64,000 bases of DNA, from NCBI GenBank assembly GCA_964016885.1, contig OZ024762.1:28458001-28522000 (forward strand), written 5' to 3'. Made by a program: the position numbers and the translations under genes. Origin of the DNA: Eledone cirrhosa (Eukaryota). This document shows, piece after piece, positions 11,801 to 26,800 of the stretch (position 1 is its first letter; every line of letters begins with the position of its first letter). Below the pieces are notes generated by a model. That model saw only the letters and a program-made list of their open reading frames with translations. It ran no database searches and was not told where the DNA came from.

Positions 11801-14800
11801 CATATTGGGTTGGTGTGTAACAAGACAGTAGCTTTTATTAAATATTACGTTGTTGTGTAACAAGACACTAGCTTTTATTCAATATTATGTTGGTCTGAAA
11901 CAAAACAGTACGTTTTATTCAATATTGGGTTGGTCTGTAACAAGACAGTAGCTTTTATTCAATATTGGGTTGGTGTGTAACAAGACAGTAGCTTTTATTA
12001 AATATTGGGTTCGACTGTAATAAGACAGTAGCTTTTATTCAATATTATGTTGGTGTGTAACAAGACAGTAGGTTCTATTAAATATTGGGTTGGTCTGTAA
12101 CAAGACAGTAGATTTTATTCAGTATTGGGTTGGTGTGTAACACGACAGTAGCTTTTATTAAATAGTGGGTTGGTCTGCAACAAGGCAGTAGCTTTTATTA
12201 AATATTGGGTTGGTCTGTAACAAGTCAGTAGCTTTTATTTAATATTGGGTTGGTCTGTAACAAGACAGTAGCTTTATTAGATATGGGGTTGCTCTGTAAC
12301 AAGACAGTAGCTTTTATTCAATATTGGGTTGGTCTGAAACAAGACAGTAGCTTTTATTAAATATTGGGTTGGTCTGTAACAAGACGGTAGCTTTTATTCA
12401 ATATTCGGTTGGTGTGTAACAAGACAGTAGCTTTTATTCAATATTGGGTTGGTGTGTAACAAGACAGTAGCTTCTATTCTATATTGGGTTGGTCTGAAAC
12501 AAGACAGTAGCTTTTATTACATATTGGGTTGGTGTGTAACAAGACAGTAGCTTTTATTAAATATTGGGTTGGTCTGCAACAAGGCAGTAGCTTTTATTAA
12601 ATATTGGGTTGGTCTGTAACAAGACAGTTGCTCTTAATCAATATTAGGTTAGTGTGTAACAAGACGGTAGCTTTTATTAAATATTGCGTTGGTCTGTAAC
12701 AAGACAGTAATTTTATTCAATATTAGGTTAGTGTGTAACAAGAAAGTAGCTTTTATTAAATATTGCGTTGGTCTGTAACAAGACAGTAGCTTTTATTCAA
12801 TATTAGGTTGGTCTGTAACAAGACAATAGCTTTTATTAAATATTGGGTTGGTGTGTAATAAGACAGTAGCTTTTATTAAATATTGGGTTCGTCTGTAATA
12901 AGACAGTAGCTTTTTTTCAATATTAGGTTAGTGTGTAACAAGACAGTAGCTTTTATTCAATATTGTTCTGGTCTGTAACAAGACAATAGCTTTTATTCAA
13001 TATTAGGTTGGTCTGTAACAAGACAATATCTTTTATTAAATATTGGGTTCGTCTGTAATAAGACAGTAGCTTTTATTCAATATTATGTTGGTGTGTAACA
13101 AGACAGTAGATTTTATTAAATATTGGGTTGATCTGTAACAAGAGAGTTGCTTTTATTAAATATTGGGTTGGTCTGTAACAAAAGAGTTGCTTTTATTAAA
13201 TATTGGGTTGGTGTGTAACAAGACAGTAGATTTATTCAATATTGGGTTGGTGTGTAACAAGACAGTAGCTTTTATGCAATATTGGGTTGGTCTGTAACAA
13301 GACAGTAGCTTTTATTAAATATTGAGTTAGTGTGTAACAAGACAGTATCTTTTATTAAATATTGGCTTGGTGTGTAACAAGACAGTAGCTTTTATTAAAT
13401 ATTGGGTTAGTGTGTAACAAGACAGTAGTTTTTATTCAATATTGGGTTGGTCTGTAACAAGACAGTACCTTTTATTTAATATTGGGTTGGTGTGTAACAA
13501 GACAGTAGCTTTTCTTCAATATTGGGTTGGTGTGTAACAAGACAGCAGCTTTTATTAAATATTACGTTGTTGTGTAACAAGACACTAGCTTTTATTCAAT
13601 ATTATGTTGGTCTGAAACAAGACAGTACGTTTTATTCAATATTGGGTTGGTCTGTAACAAGACAGTAGCTTTTATTCAATATTGGGTTGGTGTGTAACAA
13701 GACAGTAGCTTTTATTAAATATTGGGTTCGACTGTAATAAGACAGTAGATTTTATTCAATATTATGTTGGTGTGTAACAAGACAGTAGGTTCTATTAAAT
13801 ATTGGGTTGGTCTGTAACAAGACAGTAGCTTTTATTCAATATTGGGTTGGTCTGTAACATGACAGTAGCTTTTATTCAATATTGGGTTGGTGTGTAACAA
13901 GACAGTAGCTTTTATTCAATATTGGGTTGGTCTGAAACAAGACAGTAGCTTTTATTAAATATTGGGTTGGTCTGTAACAAGACGGTAGCTTTTATTCAAT
14001 ATTCGGTTGGTGTGTAACAAGACAGTAGCTTTTATTAAATATTGGGTTGGTCTGTAACAAGACAGTAGCTTTTATGCATTATTGGGTTGGTCTGTAACAA
14101 GACAGTAGCTTTTATTCAATATTGGGTTGGTGTGTAAAAATTCAGTAGCTTATATTAAATATTAGGTTGGTCTGTAACAAGACAGTAGCTTTTATTGAAT
14201 ATTGGGTTGGTCTGTAACAAGACTGTAGATTTTATTCAATACTAGGTTGGTCTGTAACAAGACAATAGCTTTTATTAAATATTGGGTTGGTGTGTAACAA
14301 GACAGTAGCTTTTATTAAATATTGTGTTCGTCTGTAATAACACAGTAGCTTTTATTCAATATTATGTTGGTGTGTAACAAGACAGTAGATTTTATTAAAT
14401 ATTGGGTTGGTCTGTAACAAGAGAGTTGCTTTTATTAAATATTGGGTTGGTGTGTAGCAAGACAGTAGCTTTTATTCAATATTGGGTTGGTCTATAACAA
14501 GACAGTAGCTTTTATTCAATATTATGTTGGTGTGTAACAAGACAGTAGGTTTTATTAAATATTGGGTTGGTCTGTAACAAGACAATAGCTTTTATTGAAT
14601 ATTGGGTTGGTGTGTAACAAGACAGTAGCTTTTATTAAATATTGGGTTGGTCTGCCACAAGACAGGAGCTTTTATGAAATATTGGGTTGGTCTGTAAGAA
14701 GACAGTAGCTTTTATTCAATATTCGGTTCGTCTGTAACAAGACAGTAGCTTTTATTCAATATTGGGTTCGTGAGTCACAAGACAGTAGCTTTTATTAAAT

Positions 14801-17800
14801 ATTGGGTTGGTCTGTAACAAGAGAGTAACTTTTATTAAATATTGGGTTGGTCTGTAATAAGACAGTAGCTTTTATTAAATATTGGGTTGGTGTGTAACAA
14901 GGCAGTTGCTTTTATGCATTATTGGGTTGGTCTGTAGCAAGACCGTAGCTTTTATTCAATATTGGGTTCGTGTGTAACAAGACAGTAGCTTTTATTCAAT
15001 ATTGGGTTGGTCTGAAACAAGACAGTAGCTTTTATGCATTATTGGGTTGGTCTGTAACAAGACAGTAGCTTTTATTCAATATTGTGTTGGTGTGTAACAA
15101 GACAGTAGCTTTTATTCAATATTGGGTTGGTCTGAAACAAGACAGTAGCTTTTATTACATATTGGGTTGGTGTGTAACAAGACAGTAGCTTTTATTAAAT
15201 ATTACGTTGTTGTGTAACAAGACACTAGCTTTTATTCAATATTATGTTGGTCTGAAACAAGACAGTACGTTTTATTCAATATTGGGTTGGTCTGTAACAA
15301 GACAGTAGCTTTTATTCAATATTGGGTTGGTGTGTAACAAGACAGTAGCTTTTATTAAATATTGGGTTCGACTGTAATAAGACAGTAGCTTTTATTCAAT
15401 ATTATGTTGGTGTGTAACAAGACAGTAGGTTCTATTAAATATTGGGTTGGTCTGTAACAAGACAGTAGCTTTTATTCAGTATTGGGTTGGTGTGTAACAC
15501 GACAGTAGCTTTTATTAAATAGTGGGTTGGTCTGCAACAAGGCAGTAGCTTTTATTAAATATTGGGTTGGTCTGTAACAAGTCAGTAGCTTTTATTCAAT
15601 ATTGGGTTGGTCTGTAACAAGACAGTAGCTTTATTAGATATGGGGTTGCTCTGTAACAAGACAGTAGCTTTTATTCAATATTGGGTTGGTCTGTAACAAG
15701 ACAGTAGGTTTTATTCAATATTGGGTTGGTGTGTAACAAGACAGCAGCTTTTATTCAATATTGGGTTGGTCTGAAACAAGACAGTAGCTATTATTAAATA
15801 TTGGGTTGGTCTGTAACAAGACGGTAGCTTTTATTCAATATTCGGTTGGTGTGTAACAAGACAGTAGCTTTTATTCAATATTGGGTTGGTGTGTAACAAG
15901 ACAGTAGCTTCTATTCTATATTGGGTTGGTCTGAAACAAGACAGTAGCTTTTACTACATATTGGGTTGGTGTGTAACAAGACAGTAGCTTTTATTAAATA
16001 TTGGGTTGGTCTGCAACAAGGCAGTAGCTTTTATTAAATATTGGGTTGGTCTGTAACAAGACAGTTGCTCTTAATCAATATTAGGTTAGTGTGTAACAAG
16101 ACGGTAGCTTTTATTAAATATTGCGTTGGTCTGTAACAAGACAGTAATTTTATTCAATATTAGGTTAGTGTGTAACAAGAAAGTAGCTTTTATTAAATAT
16201 TGCGTTGGTCTGTAACAAGACAGTAGCTTTTATTCAATATTAGGTTGGTCTGTAACAAGACAATAGCTTTTATTAAATATTGGGTTGGTGTGTAATAAGA
16301 CAGTAGCTTTTATTAAATATTGGGTTCGTCTGTAATAAGACAGTAGCTTTTTTTCAATATTAGGTTAGTGTGTAACAAGACAGTAGCTTTTATTAAATAT
16401 TGTTCTGGTCTGTAACAAGACAATAGCTTTTATTCAATATTAGGTTGGTCTGTAACAAGACAATATCTTTTATTAAATATTGGGTTCGTCTGTAAAAAGA
16501 CAGTAGCTTTTATTCAATATTATGTTGGTGTGTAACAAGACAGTAGATTTTATTAAATATTGGGTTGATCTGTAACTAGAGAGTTGCTTTTATTAAATAT
16601 TGGGTTGGTCTGTAACAAAAGAGTTGCTTTTATTAAATATTGGGTTGGTGTGTAACAAGACAGTAGATTTATTCAATATTGGGTTGGTGTGTAACAAGAC
16701 AGTAGCTTTTATGCAATATTGGGTTGGTCTGTAACAAGACAGTAGCTTTTATTAAATATTGAGTTAGTGTGTAACAAGACAGTATCTTTTATTAAATATT
16801 GGCTTGGTGTGTAACAAGACAGTAGCTTTTATTAAATATTGGGTTAGTGTGTAACAAGACAGTAGCTTTTCTTCAATATTGGGTTGGTGTGTAACAAGAC
16901 AGCAGCTTTTATTAAATATTACGTTGTTGTGTAACAAGACACTAGCTTTTATTCAATATTATGTTGGTCTGAAACAAGACAGTACGTTTTATTCAATATT
17001 GGGTTGGTCTGTAACAAGACAGTAGCTTTTATTCAATATTGGGTTGGTGTGTAACAAGACAGTAGCTTTTATTAAATATTGGGTTCGACTGTAATAAGAC
17101 AGTAGATTTTATTCAATATTATGTTGGTGTGTAACAAGACAGTAGGTTCTATTAAATATTGGGTTGGTCTGTAACAAGACAGTAGCTTTTATTCAATATT
17201 GGGTTGGTCTGTAACAAGACAGTAGCTTTATTAGATATGGGGTTGCTCTGTAACAAGACAGTAGCTTTTATTCAATATTGGGTTAGTCTGTAACATGACA
17301 GTAGCTTTTATTCAATATTGGGTTTGTGTGTAACAAGACAGTAGCTTTTATTCAATATTGGGTTGGTCTGAAACAAGACAGTAGCTTTTATTAAATATTG
17401 GGTTGGTCTGTAACAAGACGGTAGCTTTTATTCAATATTCGGTTGGTGTGTAACAAGACAGTAGCTTTTATTAAATATTGGGTTGGTCTGTAACAAGACA
17501 GTAGCTTTTATGCATTATTGGGTTGGTCTGTAACAAGACAGTAGCTTTTATTCAATATTGGGTTGGTGTGTAAAAATTCAGTAGCTTTTATTAAATATTA
17601 GGTTGGTCTGTAACAAGACAGTAGCTTTTATTGAATATTGGGTTGGTCTGTAACAAGACTGTAGCTTTTATTCAATACTAGGTTGGTCTGTAACAAGACA
17701 ATAGCTTTTATTAAATATTGGGTTGGTGTGTAACAAGACAGTAGCTTTTATTAAATATTGTGTTCTTCTGTAATAACACAGTAGCTTTTATTATATATTA

Positions 17801-20800
17801 TGTTGGTGTGTAACAAGACAGTAGATTTTATTAAATATTGGGTTGGTCTGTAACAAGAGAGTTGCTTTTATTAAATATTGGGTTGGTGTGTAGCAAGACA
17901 GTAGCTTTTATTCAATATTGGGTTGGTCTGTAACAAGACAGTAGCTTTTATTCAATATTATGTTGGTGTGTAACAAGACAGTAGGTTTTATTAAATATTG
18001 GGTTGGTCTGTAACAAGACAATAGCTTTTATTGAATATTGGGTTGGTCTGTAACAAGACAGTAGCTTTTATTAAATATTGGGTTGGTGTGTAACAAGACA
18101 GTAGCTTTTATTAAATATTGGGTTGGTCTGCAACAAGACAGGAGCTTTTATGAAATATTGGGTTGGTCTGTAAGAAGACAGTAGCTTTTATTCAATATTC
18201 GGTTCGTCTGTAACAAGACAGTAGCTTTTATTCAATATTGGGTTCGTGAGTCACAAGACAGTAGCTTTTATTAAATATTGGGTTGGTCTGTAACAAGACA
18301 GTAACTTTTATTAAATATTGGGTTGGTCTGTAATAAGACAGTAGCTTTTATTAAATATTGGGTTGGTGTGTAACAAGGCAGTTGCTTTTATGCATTATTG
18401 GGTTGGTCTGTAGCAAGGCCGTAGCTTTTATTCAATATTGGGTTCGTGTGTAACAAGACAGTAGCTTTTATTCAATATTGGGTTGGTCTGAAACAAGACA
18501 GTAGCTTTTATGCATTATTGGGTTGGTCTGTAACAAGACAGTAGCTTTTATTCAATATTGGGTTGGTGTGTAACAAGACAGTAGCTTTTATTCAATATTG
18601 GGTTGGTCTGAAACAAGACAGTAGCTTTTATTACATATTGGGTTGGTGTGTAACAAGACAGTAGCTTTTATTAAATATTACGTTGTTGTGTAACAAGACA
18701 CTAGCTTTTATTCAATATTATGTTGGTCTGAAACAAGACAGTACGTTTTATTCAATATTGGGTTGGTCTGTAACAAGACAGTAGCTTTTATTCAATATTG
18801 GGTTGGTGTGTAACAAGACAGTAGCTTTTATTAAATATTGGGTTCGACTGTAATAAGACAGTAGCTTTTATTCAATATTATGTTGGTGTGTAACAAGACA
18901 GTAGGTTCTATTAAATATTGGGTTGGTCTGTAACAAGACAGTAGCTTTTATTCAGTATTGGGTTGGTGTGTAACACGACAGTAGCTTTTATTAAATAGTG
19001 GGTTGGTCTGCAACAAGGCAGTAGCTTTTATTAAATATTGGGTTGGTCTGTAACAAGTCAGTAGCTTTTATTCAATATTGGGTTGGTCTGTAACAAGACA
19101 GTAGGTTTTATTCAATATTGGGTTGGTGTGTAACAAGACAGTAGCTTTTATTCAATATTGGGTTGGTCTGAAACAAGACAGTAGCTTTTATTAAATATTG
19201 GGTTGGTCTGTAACAAGACGGTAGCTTTTATTCAATATTCGGTTGGTGTGTAACAAGACAGTAGCTTTTATTAAATATTGGGTTTGTCTGTAACAAGACA
19301 GTAGCTTTTATGCATTATTGGGTTGGTCTGTAACAAGACAGTAGCTTTTATTCAATATTGGGTTTGTGTGTAAAAATTCAGTAGCTTTTATTAAATATTA
19401 GGTTGGTCTGTAACAAGACAGTAGCTTTTATTGAATATTGGGTTGGTCTGAAACAAGACTGTAGCTTTTATTCAATACTAGGTTGGTCTGTAACAAGACA
19501 ATAGCTTTTATTAAACATTGGGTTGGTGTGTAACAACACAGTAGCTTTTATTAAATATTGTGTTCGTCTGTAATAAGACAGTAGCTTTTATTCAATATTA
19601 TGTTGGTGTGTAACAAGACAGTAGATTTTATTAAATATTGGGTTGGTCTGTAACAAGACAGTAGCTTTTATTAAATATTGGGTTGGTGTGTAACAAGACA
19701 GTAGTTTTTATTCAATATTGGGTTGGTCTGTAACAAGACAGTACCTTTTATTTAATATTGGGTTGGTGTGTAACAAGACAGTAGCTTTTCTTCAATATTG
19801 GGTTGGTGTGTAACAAGACAGCAGCTTTTATTAAATATTACGTTGTTGTGTAACAAGACACTAGCTTTTATTCAATATTATGTTGGTCTGAAACAAGACA
19901 GTACGTTTTATTCAATATTGGGTTGGTCTGTAACAAGACAGTAGCTTTTATTCAATATTGGGTTGGTGTGTAACAAGACAGTAGCTTTTATTAAATATTG
20001 GGTTCGACTGTAATAAGACAGTAGATTTTATTCAATATTATGTTGGTGTGTAACAAGACAGTAGGTTCTATTAAATATTGGGTTGGTCTGTAACAAGACA
20101 GTAGCTTTTATTCAATATTGGGTTGGTCTGTAACAAGACAGTAGCTTTATTAGATATGGGGTTGCTCTGTAACAAGACAGTAGCTTTTATTCAATATTGG
20201 GTTGGTCTGTAACATGACAGTAGCTTTTATTCAATATTGGGTTTGTGTGTAACAAGACAGTAGCTTTTATTCAATATTGGGTTGGTCTGAAACAAGACAG
20301 TAGCTTTTATGCATTATTGGGTTGGTCTGTAACAAGACAGTAGCTTTTATTCAATATTGGGTTGGTGTGTAAAAATTCAGTAGCTTTTATTAAATATTAG
20401 GTTGGTCTGTAACAAGACAGTAGCTTTTATTGAATATTGGGTTGGTCTGTAACAAGACTGTAGCTTTTATTCAATACTAGGTTGGTCTGTAACAAGACAA
20501 TAGCTTTTATTAAATATTGGGTTGGTGTGTAACAAGACAGTAGCTTTTATTAAATATTGTGTTCGTCTGTAATAACACAGTAGCTTTTATTATATATTAT
20601 GTTGGTGTGTAACAAGACAGTAGATTTTATTAAATATTGGGTTGGTCTGTAACAAGAGAGATGCTTTTATTAAATATTGGGTTGGTGTGTAGCAAGACAG
20701 TAGCTTTTATTCAATATTGGGTTGGTCTGTAACAAGACAGTAGCTTTTATTCAATATTATGTTAGTGTGTAACAAGACAGTAGGTTTTATTAAATATTGG

Positions 20801-23800
20801 GTTGGTCTGTAACAAGACAATAGCTTTTATTGAATATTGGGTTGGTCTGTAACAAGACAGTAGCTTTTATTGAATATTGGGTTGGTCTGTAACAAGACTG
20901 TAGCTTTTATTCAATACTAGGTTGGTCTGTAACAAGACAATAGCTTTTATTAAATATTGGGTTGGTGTGTAACAAGACAGTAGCTTTTATTAAATATTGT
21001 GTTCTTCTGTAATAACACAGTAGCTTTTATTATATATTATGTTGGTGTGTAACAAGACAGTAGATTTTATTAAATATTGGGTTGGTCTGTAACAAGAGAG
21101 TTGCTTTTATTAAATATTGGGTTGGTGTGTAGCAAGACAGTAGCTTTTATTCAATATTGGGTTGGTCTGTAACAAGACAGTAGCTTTTATTCAATATTAT
21201 GTTGGTGTGTAACAAGACAGTAGGTTTTATTAAATATTGGGTTGGTCTGTAACAAGACAATAGCTTTTATTGAATATTGGGTTGGTCTGTAACAAGACAG
21301 TAGCTTTTATTAAATATTGGGTTGGTGTGTAACAAGACAGTAGCTTTTATTAAATATTGGGTTGGTCTGCAACAAGACAGGAGCTTTTATGAAATATTGG
21401 GTTGGTCTGTAAGAAGACAGTAGCTTTTATTCAATATTCGGTTCGTCTGTAACAAGACAGTAGCTTTTATTCAATATTGGGTTCGTGAGTCACAAGACAG
21501 TAGCTTTTATTAAATATTGGGTTGGTCTGTAACAAGACAGTAACTTTTATTAAATATTGGGTTGGTCTGTAATAAGACAGTAGCTTTTATTAAATATTGG
21601 GTTGGTGTGTAACAAGGCAGTTGCTTTTATGCATTATTGGGTTGGTCTGTAGCAAGGCCGTAGCTTTTATTCAATATTGGGTTCGTGTGTAACAAGACAG
21701 TAGCTTTTATTCAATATTGGGTTGGTCTGAAACAAGACAGTAGCTTTTATGCATTATTGGGTTGGTCTGTAACAAGACAGTAGCTTTTATTCAATATTGG
21801 GTTGGTGTGTAACAAGACAGTAGCTTTTATTCAATATTGGGTTGGTCTGAAACAAGACAGTAGCTTTTATTACATATTGGGTTGGTGTGTAACAAGACAG
21901 TAGCTTTTATTAAATATTACGTTGTTGTGTAACAAGACACTAGCTTTTATTCAATATTATGTTGGTCTGAAACAAGACAGTACGTTTTATTCAATATTGG
22001 GTTGGTCTGTAACAAGACAGTAGCTTTTATTCAATATTGGGTTGGTGTGTAACAAGACAGTAGCTTTTATTAAATATTGGGTTCGACTGTAATAAGACAG
22101 TAGCTTTTATTCAATATTATGTTGGTGTGTAACAAGACAGTAGGTTCTATTAAATATTGGGTTGGTCTGTAACAAGACAGTAGCTTTTATTCAGTATTGG
22201 GTTGGTGTGTAACACGACAGTAGCTTTTATTAAATAGTGGGTTGGTCTGCAACAAGGCAGTAGCTTTTATTAAATATTGGGTTGGTCTGTAACAAGTCAG
22301 TAGCTTTTATTCAATATTGGGTTGGTCTGTAACAAGACAGTAGGTTTTATTCAATATTGGGTTGGTGTGTAACAAGACAGTAGCTTTTATTCAATATTGG
22401 GTTGGTCTGAAACAAGACAGTAGCTTTTATTAAATATTGGGTTGGTCTGTAACAAGACGGTAGCTTTTATTCAATATTCGGTTGGTGTGTAACAAGACAG
22501 TAGCTTTTATTAAATATTGGGTTTGTCTGTAACAAGACAGTAGCTTTTATGCATTATTGGGTTGGTCTGTAACAAGACAGTAGCTTTTATTCAATATTGG
22601 GTTTGTGTGTAAAAATTCAGTAGCTTTTATTAAATATTAGGTTGGTCTGTAACAAGACAGTAGCTTTTATTGAATATTGGGTTGGTCTGAAACAAGACTG
22701 TAGCTTTTATTCAATACTAGGTTGGTCTGTAACAAGACAATAGCTTTTATTAAACATTGGGTTGGTGTGTAACAACACAGTAGCTTTTATTAAATATTGT
22801 GTTCGTCTGTAATAAGACAGTAGCTTTTATTCAATATTATGTTGGTGTGTAACAAGACAGTAGATTTTATTAAATATTGGGTTGGTCTGTAACAAGACAG
22901 TAGCTTTTATTAAATATTGGGTTGGTGTGTAACAAGACAGTAGTTTTTATTCAATATTGGGTTGGTCTGTAACAAGACAGTACCTTTTATTTAATATTGG
23001 GTTGGTGTGTAACAAGACAGTAGCTTTTCTTCAATATTGGGTTGGTGTGTAACAAGACAGCAGCTTTTATTAAATATTACGTTGTTGTGTAACAAGACAC
23101 TAGCTTTTATTCAATATTATGTTGGTCTGAAACAAGACAGTACGTTTTATTCAATATTGGGTTGGTCTGTAACAAGACAGTAGCTTTTATTCAATATTGG
23201 GTTGGTGTGTAACAAGACAGTAGCTTTTATTAAATATTGGGTTCGACTGTAATAAGACAGTAGATTTTATTCAATATTATGTTGGTGTGTAACAAGACAG
23301 TAGGTTCTATTAAATATTGGGTTGGTCTGTAACAAGACAGTAGCTTTTATTCAATATTGGGTTGGTCTGTAACAAGACAGTAGCTTTATTAGATATGGGG
23401 TTGCTCTGTAACAAGACAGTAGCTTTTATTCAATATTGGGTTGGTCTGTAACATGACAGTAGCTTTTATTCAATATTGGGTTTGTGTGTAACAAGACAGT
23501 AGCTTTTATTCAATATTGGGTTGGTCTGAAACAAGACAGTAGCTTTTATGCATTATTGGGTTGGTCTGTAACAAGACAGTAGCTTTTATTCAATATTGGG
23601 TTGGTGTGTAAAAATTCAGTAGCTTTTATTAAATATTAGGTTGGTCTGTAACAAGACAGTAGCTTTTATTGAATATTGGGTTGGTCTGTAACAAGACTGT
23701 AGCTTTTATTCAATACTAGGTTGGTCTGTAACAAGACAATAGCTTTTATTAAATATTGGGTTGGTGTGTAACAAGACAGTAGCTTTTATTAAATATTGTG

Positions 23801-26800
23801 TTCGTCTGTAATAACACAGTAGCTTTTATTATATATTATGTTGGTGTGTAACAAGACAGTAGATTTTATTAAATATTGGGTTGGTCTGTAACAAGAGAGA
23901 TGCTTTTATTAAATATTGGGTTGGTGTGTAGCAAGACAGTAGCTTTTATTCAATATTGGGTTGGTCTGTAACAAGACAGTAGCTTTTATTCAATATTATG
24001 TTAGTGTGTAACAAGACAGTAGGTTTTATTAAATATTGGGTTGGTCTGTAACAAGACAATAGCTTTTATTGAATATTGGGTTGGTCTGTAACAAGACAGT
24101 AGCTTTTATTAAATATTGGGTTGGTGTGTAACAAGACAGTAGCTTTTATTAAATATTGGGTTGGTCTGCAACAAGACAGGAGCTTTTATGAAATATTGGG
24201 TTGGTCTGTAAGAAGACAGTAGCTTTTATTCAATATTCGGTTCGTCTGTAACAAGACAGTAGCTTTTATTCAATATTGGGTTCGTGAGTCACAAGACAGT
24301 AGCTTTTATTAAATATTGGGTTGGTCTGTAACAAGACAGTAACTTTTATTAAATATTGGGTTGGTCTGTAATAAGACAGTAGCTTTTATTAAATATTGGG
24401 TTGGTGTGTAACAAGGCAGTTGCTTTTATGCATTATTGGGTTGGTCTGTAGCAAGGCCGTAGCTTTTATTCAATATTGGGTTCGTGTGTAACAAGACAGT
24501 AGCTTTTATTCAATATTGGGTTGGTCTGAAACAAGACAGTAGCTTTTATGCATTATTGGGTTGGTCTGTAACAAGACAGTAACTTTTATTCAATATTGGG
24601 TTGGTGTGTAACAAGACAGTAGCTTTTATTCAATATTGGGTTGGTCTGAAACAAGACAGTAGCTTTTATTACATATTGGGTTGGTGTGTAACAAGACAGT
24701 AGCTTTTATTAAATATTACGTTGTTGTGTAACAAGACACTAGTTTTATTCAATATTATGTTGGTCTGAAACAAGACAGTACGTTTTATTCAATATTGGGT
24801 TGGTCTGTAACAAGACAGTAGCTTTTATTCAATATTGGGTTGGTGTGTAACAAGACAGTAGCTTTTATTAAATATTGGGTTCGACTGTAATAAGACAGTA
24901 GCTTTTATTCAATATTATGTTGGTGTGTAACAAGACAGTAGGTTCTATTAAATATTGGGTTGGTCTGTAACAAGACAGTAGCTTTTATTCAGTATTGGGT
25001 TGGTGTGTCACACGACAGTAGCTTTTATTAAATAGTGGGTTGGTCTGCAACAAGGCAGTAGCTTTTATTAAATATTGGGTTGGTCTGTAACAAGTCAGTA
25101 GCTTTTATTCAATATTGGGTTGGTCTGTAACAAGACAGTAGGTTTTATTCAATATTGGGTTGGTGTGTAACAAGACAGTAGCTTTTATTCAATATTGGGT
25201 TGGTCTGAAACAAGACAGTAGCTTTTATTAAATATTGGGTTGGTCTGTAACAAGACGGTAGCTTTTATTCAATATTCGGTTGGTGTGTAACAAGACAGTA
25301 GCTTTTATTAAATATTGGGTTTGTCTGTAACAAGACAGTAGCTTTTATGCATTATTGGGTTGGTCTGTAACAAGACAGTAGCTTTTATTCAATATTGGGT
25401 TTGTGTGTAAAAATTCAGTAGCTTTTATTAAATATTAGGTTGGTCTGTAACAAGACAGTAGCTTTTATTGAATATTGGGTTGGTCTGAAACAAGACTGTA
25501 GCTTTTATTCAATACTAGGTTGGTCTGTAACAAGACAATAGCTTTTATTAAACATTGGGTTGGTGTGTAACAACACAGTAGCTTTTATTAAATATTGTGT
25601 TCGTCTGTAATAAGACAGTAGCTTTTATTCAATATTATGTTGGTGTGTAACAAGACAGTAGATTTTATTAAATATTGGGTTGGTCTGTAACAAGAGAGTT
25701 GCTTTTATTAAATATTGGGTTGGTGTGTAACAAGACAGTAGCTTTTATTCAATATTGGGTTGGTCTGTAACAAGACAGTAGCTTTTATTCAATATTATGT
25801 TGGTGTGTAACAAGACAGTAGGTTTTATTAAATATTGGGTTGGTCTGTAACAAGACAATAGCTTTTGTTGAATATTGGGTTGGTCTGTAACAAGACAGTA
25901 GCTTTTATTAAATATTGGGTTGGAGTGTAACAAGACAGTAGCTTTTATTAAATATTGGGTTGGTCTGCAACAAGACAGGAGCTTTTATGAAATATTGGGT
26001 TGGTCTGTAACAAGACAGTAGCTTTTATTCAATATTGGGTTCGTCTGTAACAAGACAGTAGCTTTTATTCAATATTGGGTTCGTGTGTCACAAGACAGTA
26101 GCTTTTATTAAATATTGGGTTGGTCTGTAACAAGACAGTAGCTTTTATTAAATATTGGGTTGGTCTGTAATAAGACAGTAGCTTTTATTAAATATTGGGT
26201 TGGTGTGTAACAAGACAGTTGCTTTTATGCATTATTGGGTTGGTCTGTAACAAGACCGTAGCTTTTATTCAATATTGGGTTCGTGTGTAACAAGACATTA
26301 GCTTTTATTCAATATTAGGTTGGTGTGTAACAAGACAGTAGCTTTTATTCAATATTGGGTTGGTCTGAAACAAGATAGTAGCTTTTATGCATTATTGGTT
26401 TGGTCTGTAACAAGACAGTAGCTTTTATTCAATATTGGGTTGGTGTGTAACAAGACAGTAGCTTCTATTCTATATTGGGTTGGTCTGAAATAAGACAGTA
26501 GCTTTTATTACATATTGGGTTGGTGTGTAACAAGACAGTAGCTTTTATTAAATATTGGGTTGGTCTGTAACAAGACAGTAGCTTTTATGCATTATTGGGT
26601 TGGTCTGTAACAAGACAGTAGCTTTTATTCAATATTGGGTTGGTGTGTAACAAGTCAGTAGCTTTTATTAAATATTAGGTTGGTCTGTAACAAGACAGTA
26701 GCTTTTATTGAATATCGGGTTGGTCTGTAACAAGACAGTAGCTTTTATTCAATATTAGGTTTGTGTGTAACAAGACAGTAGCTTTTATTAATTATTGCGT

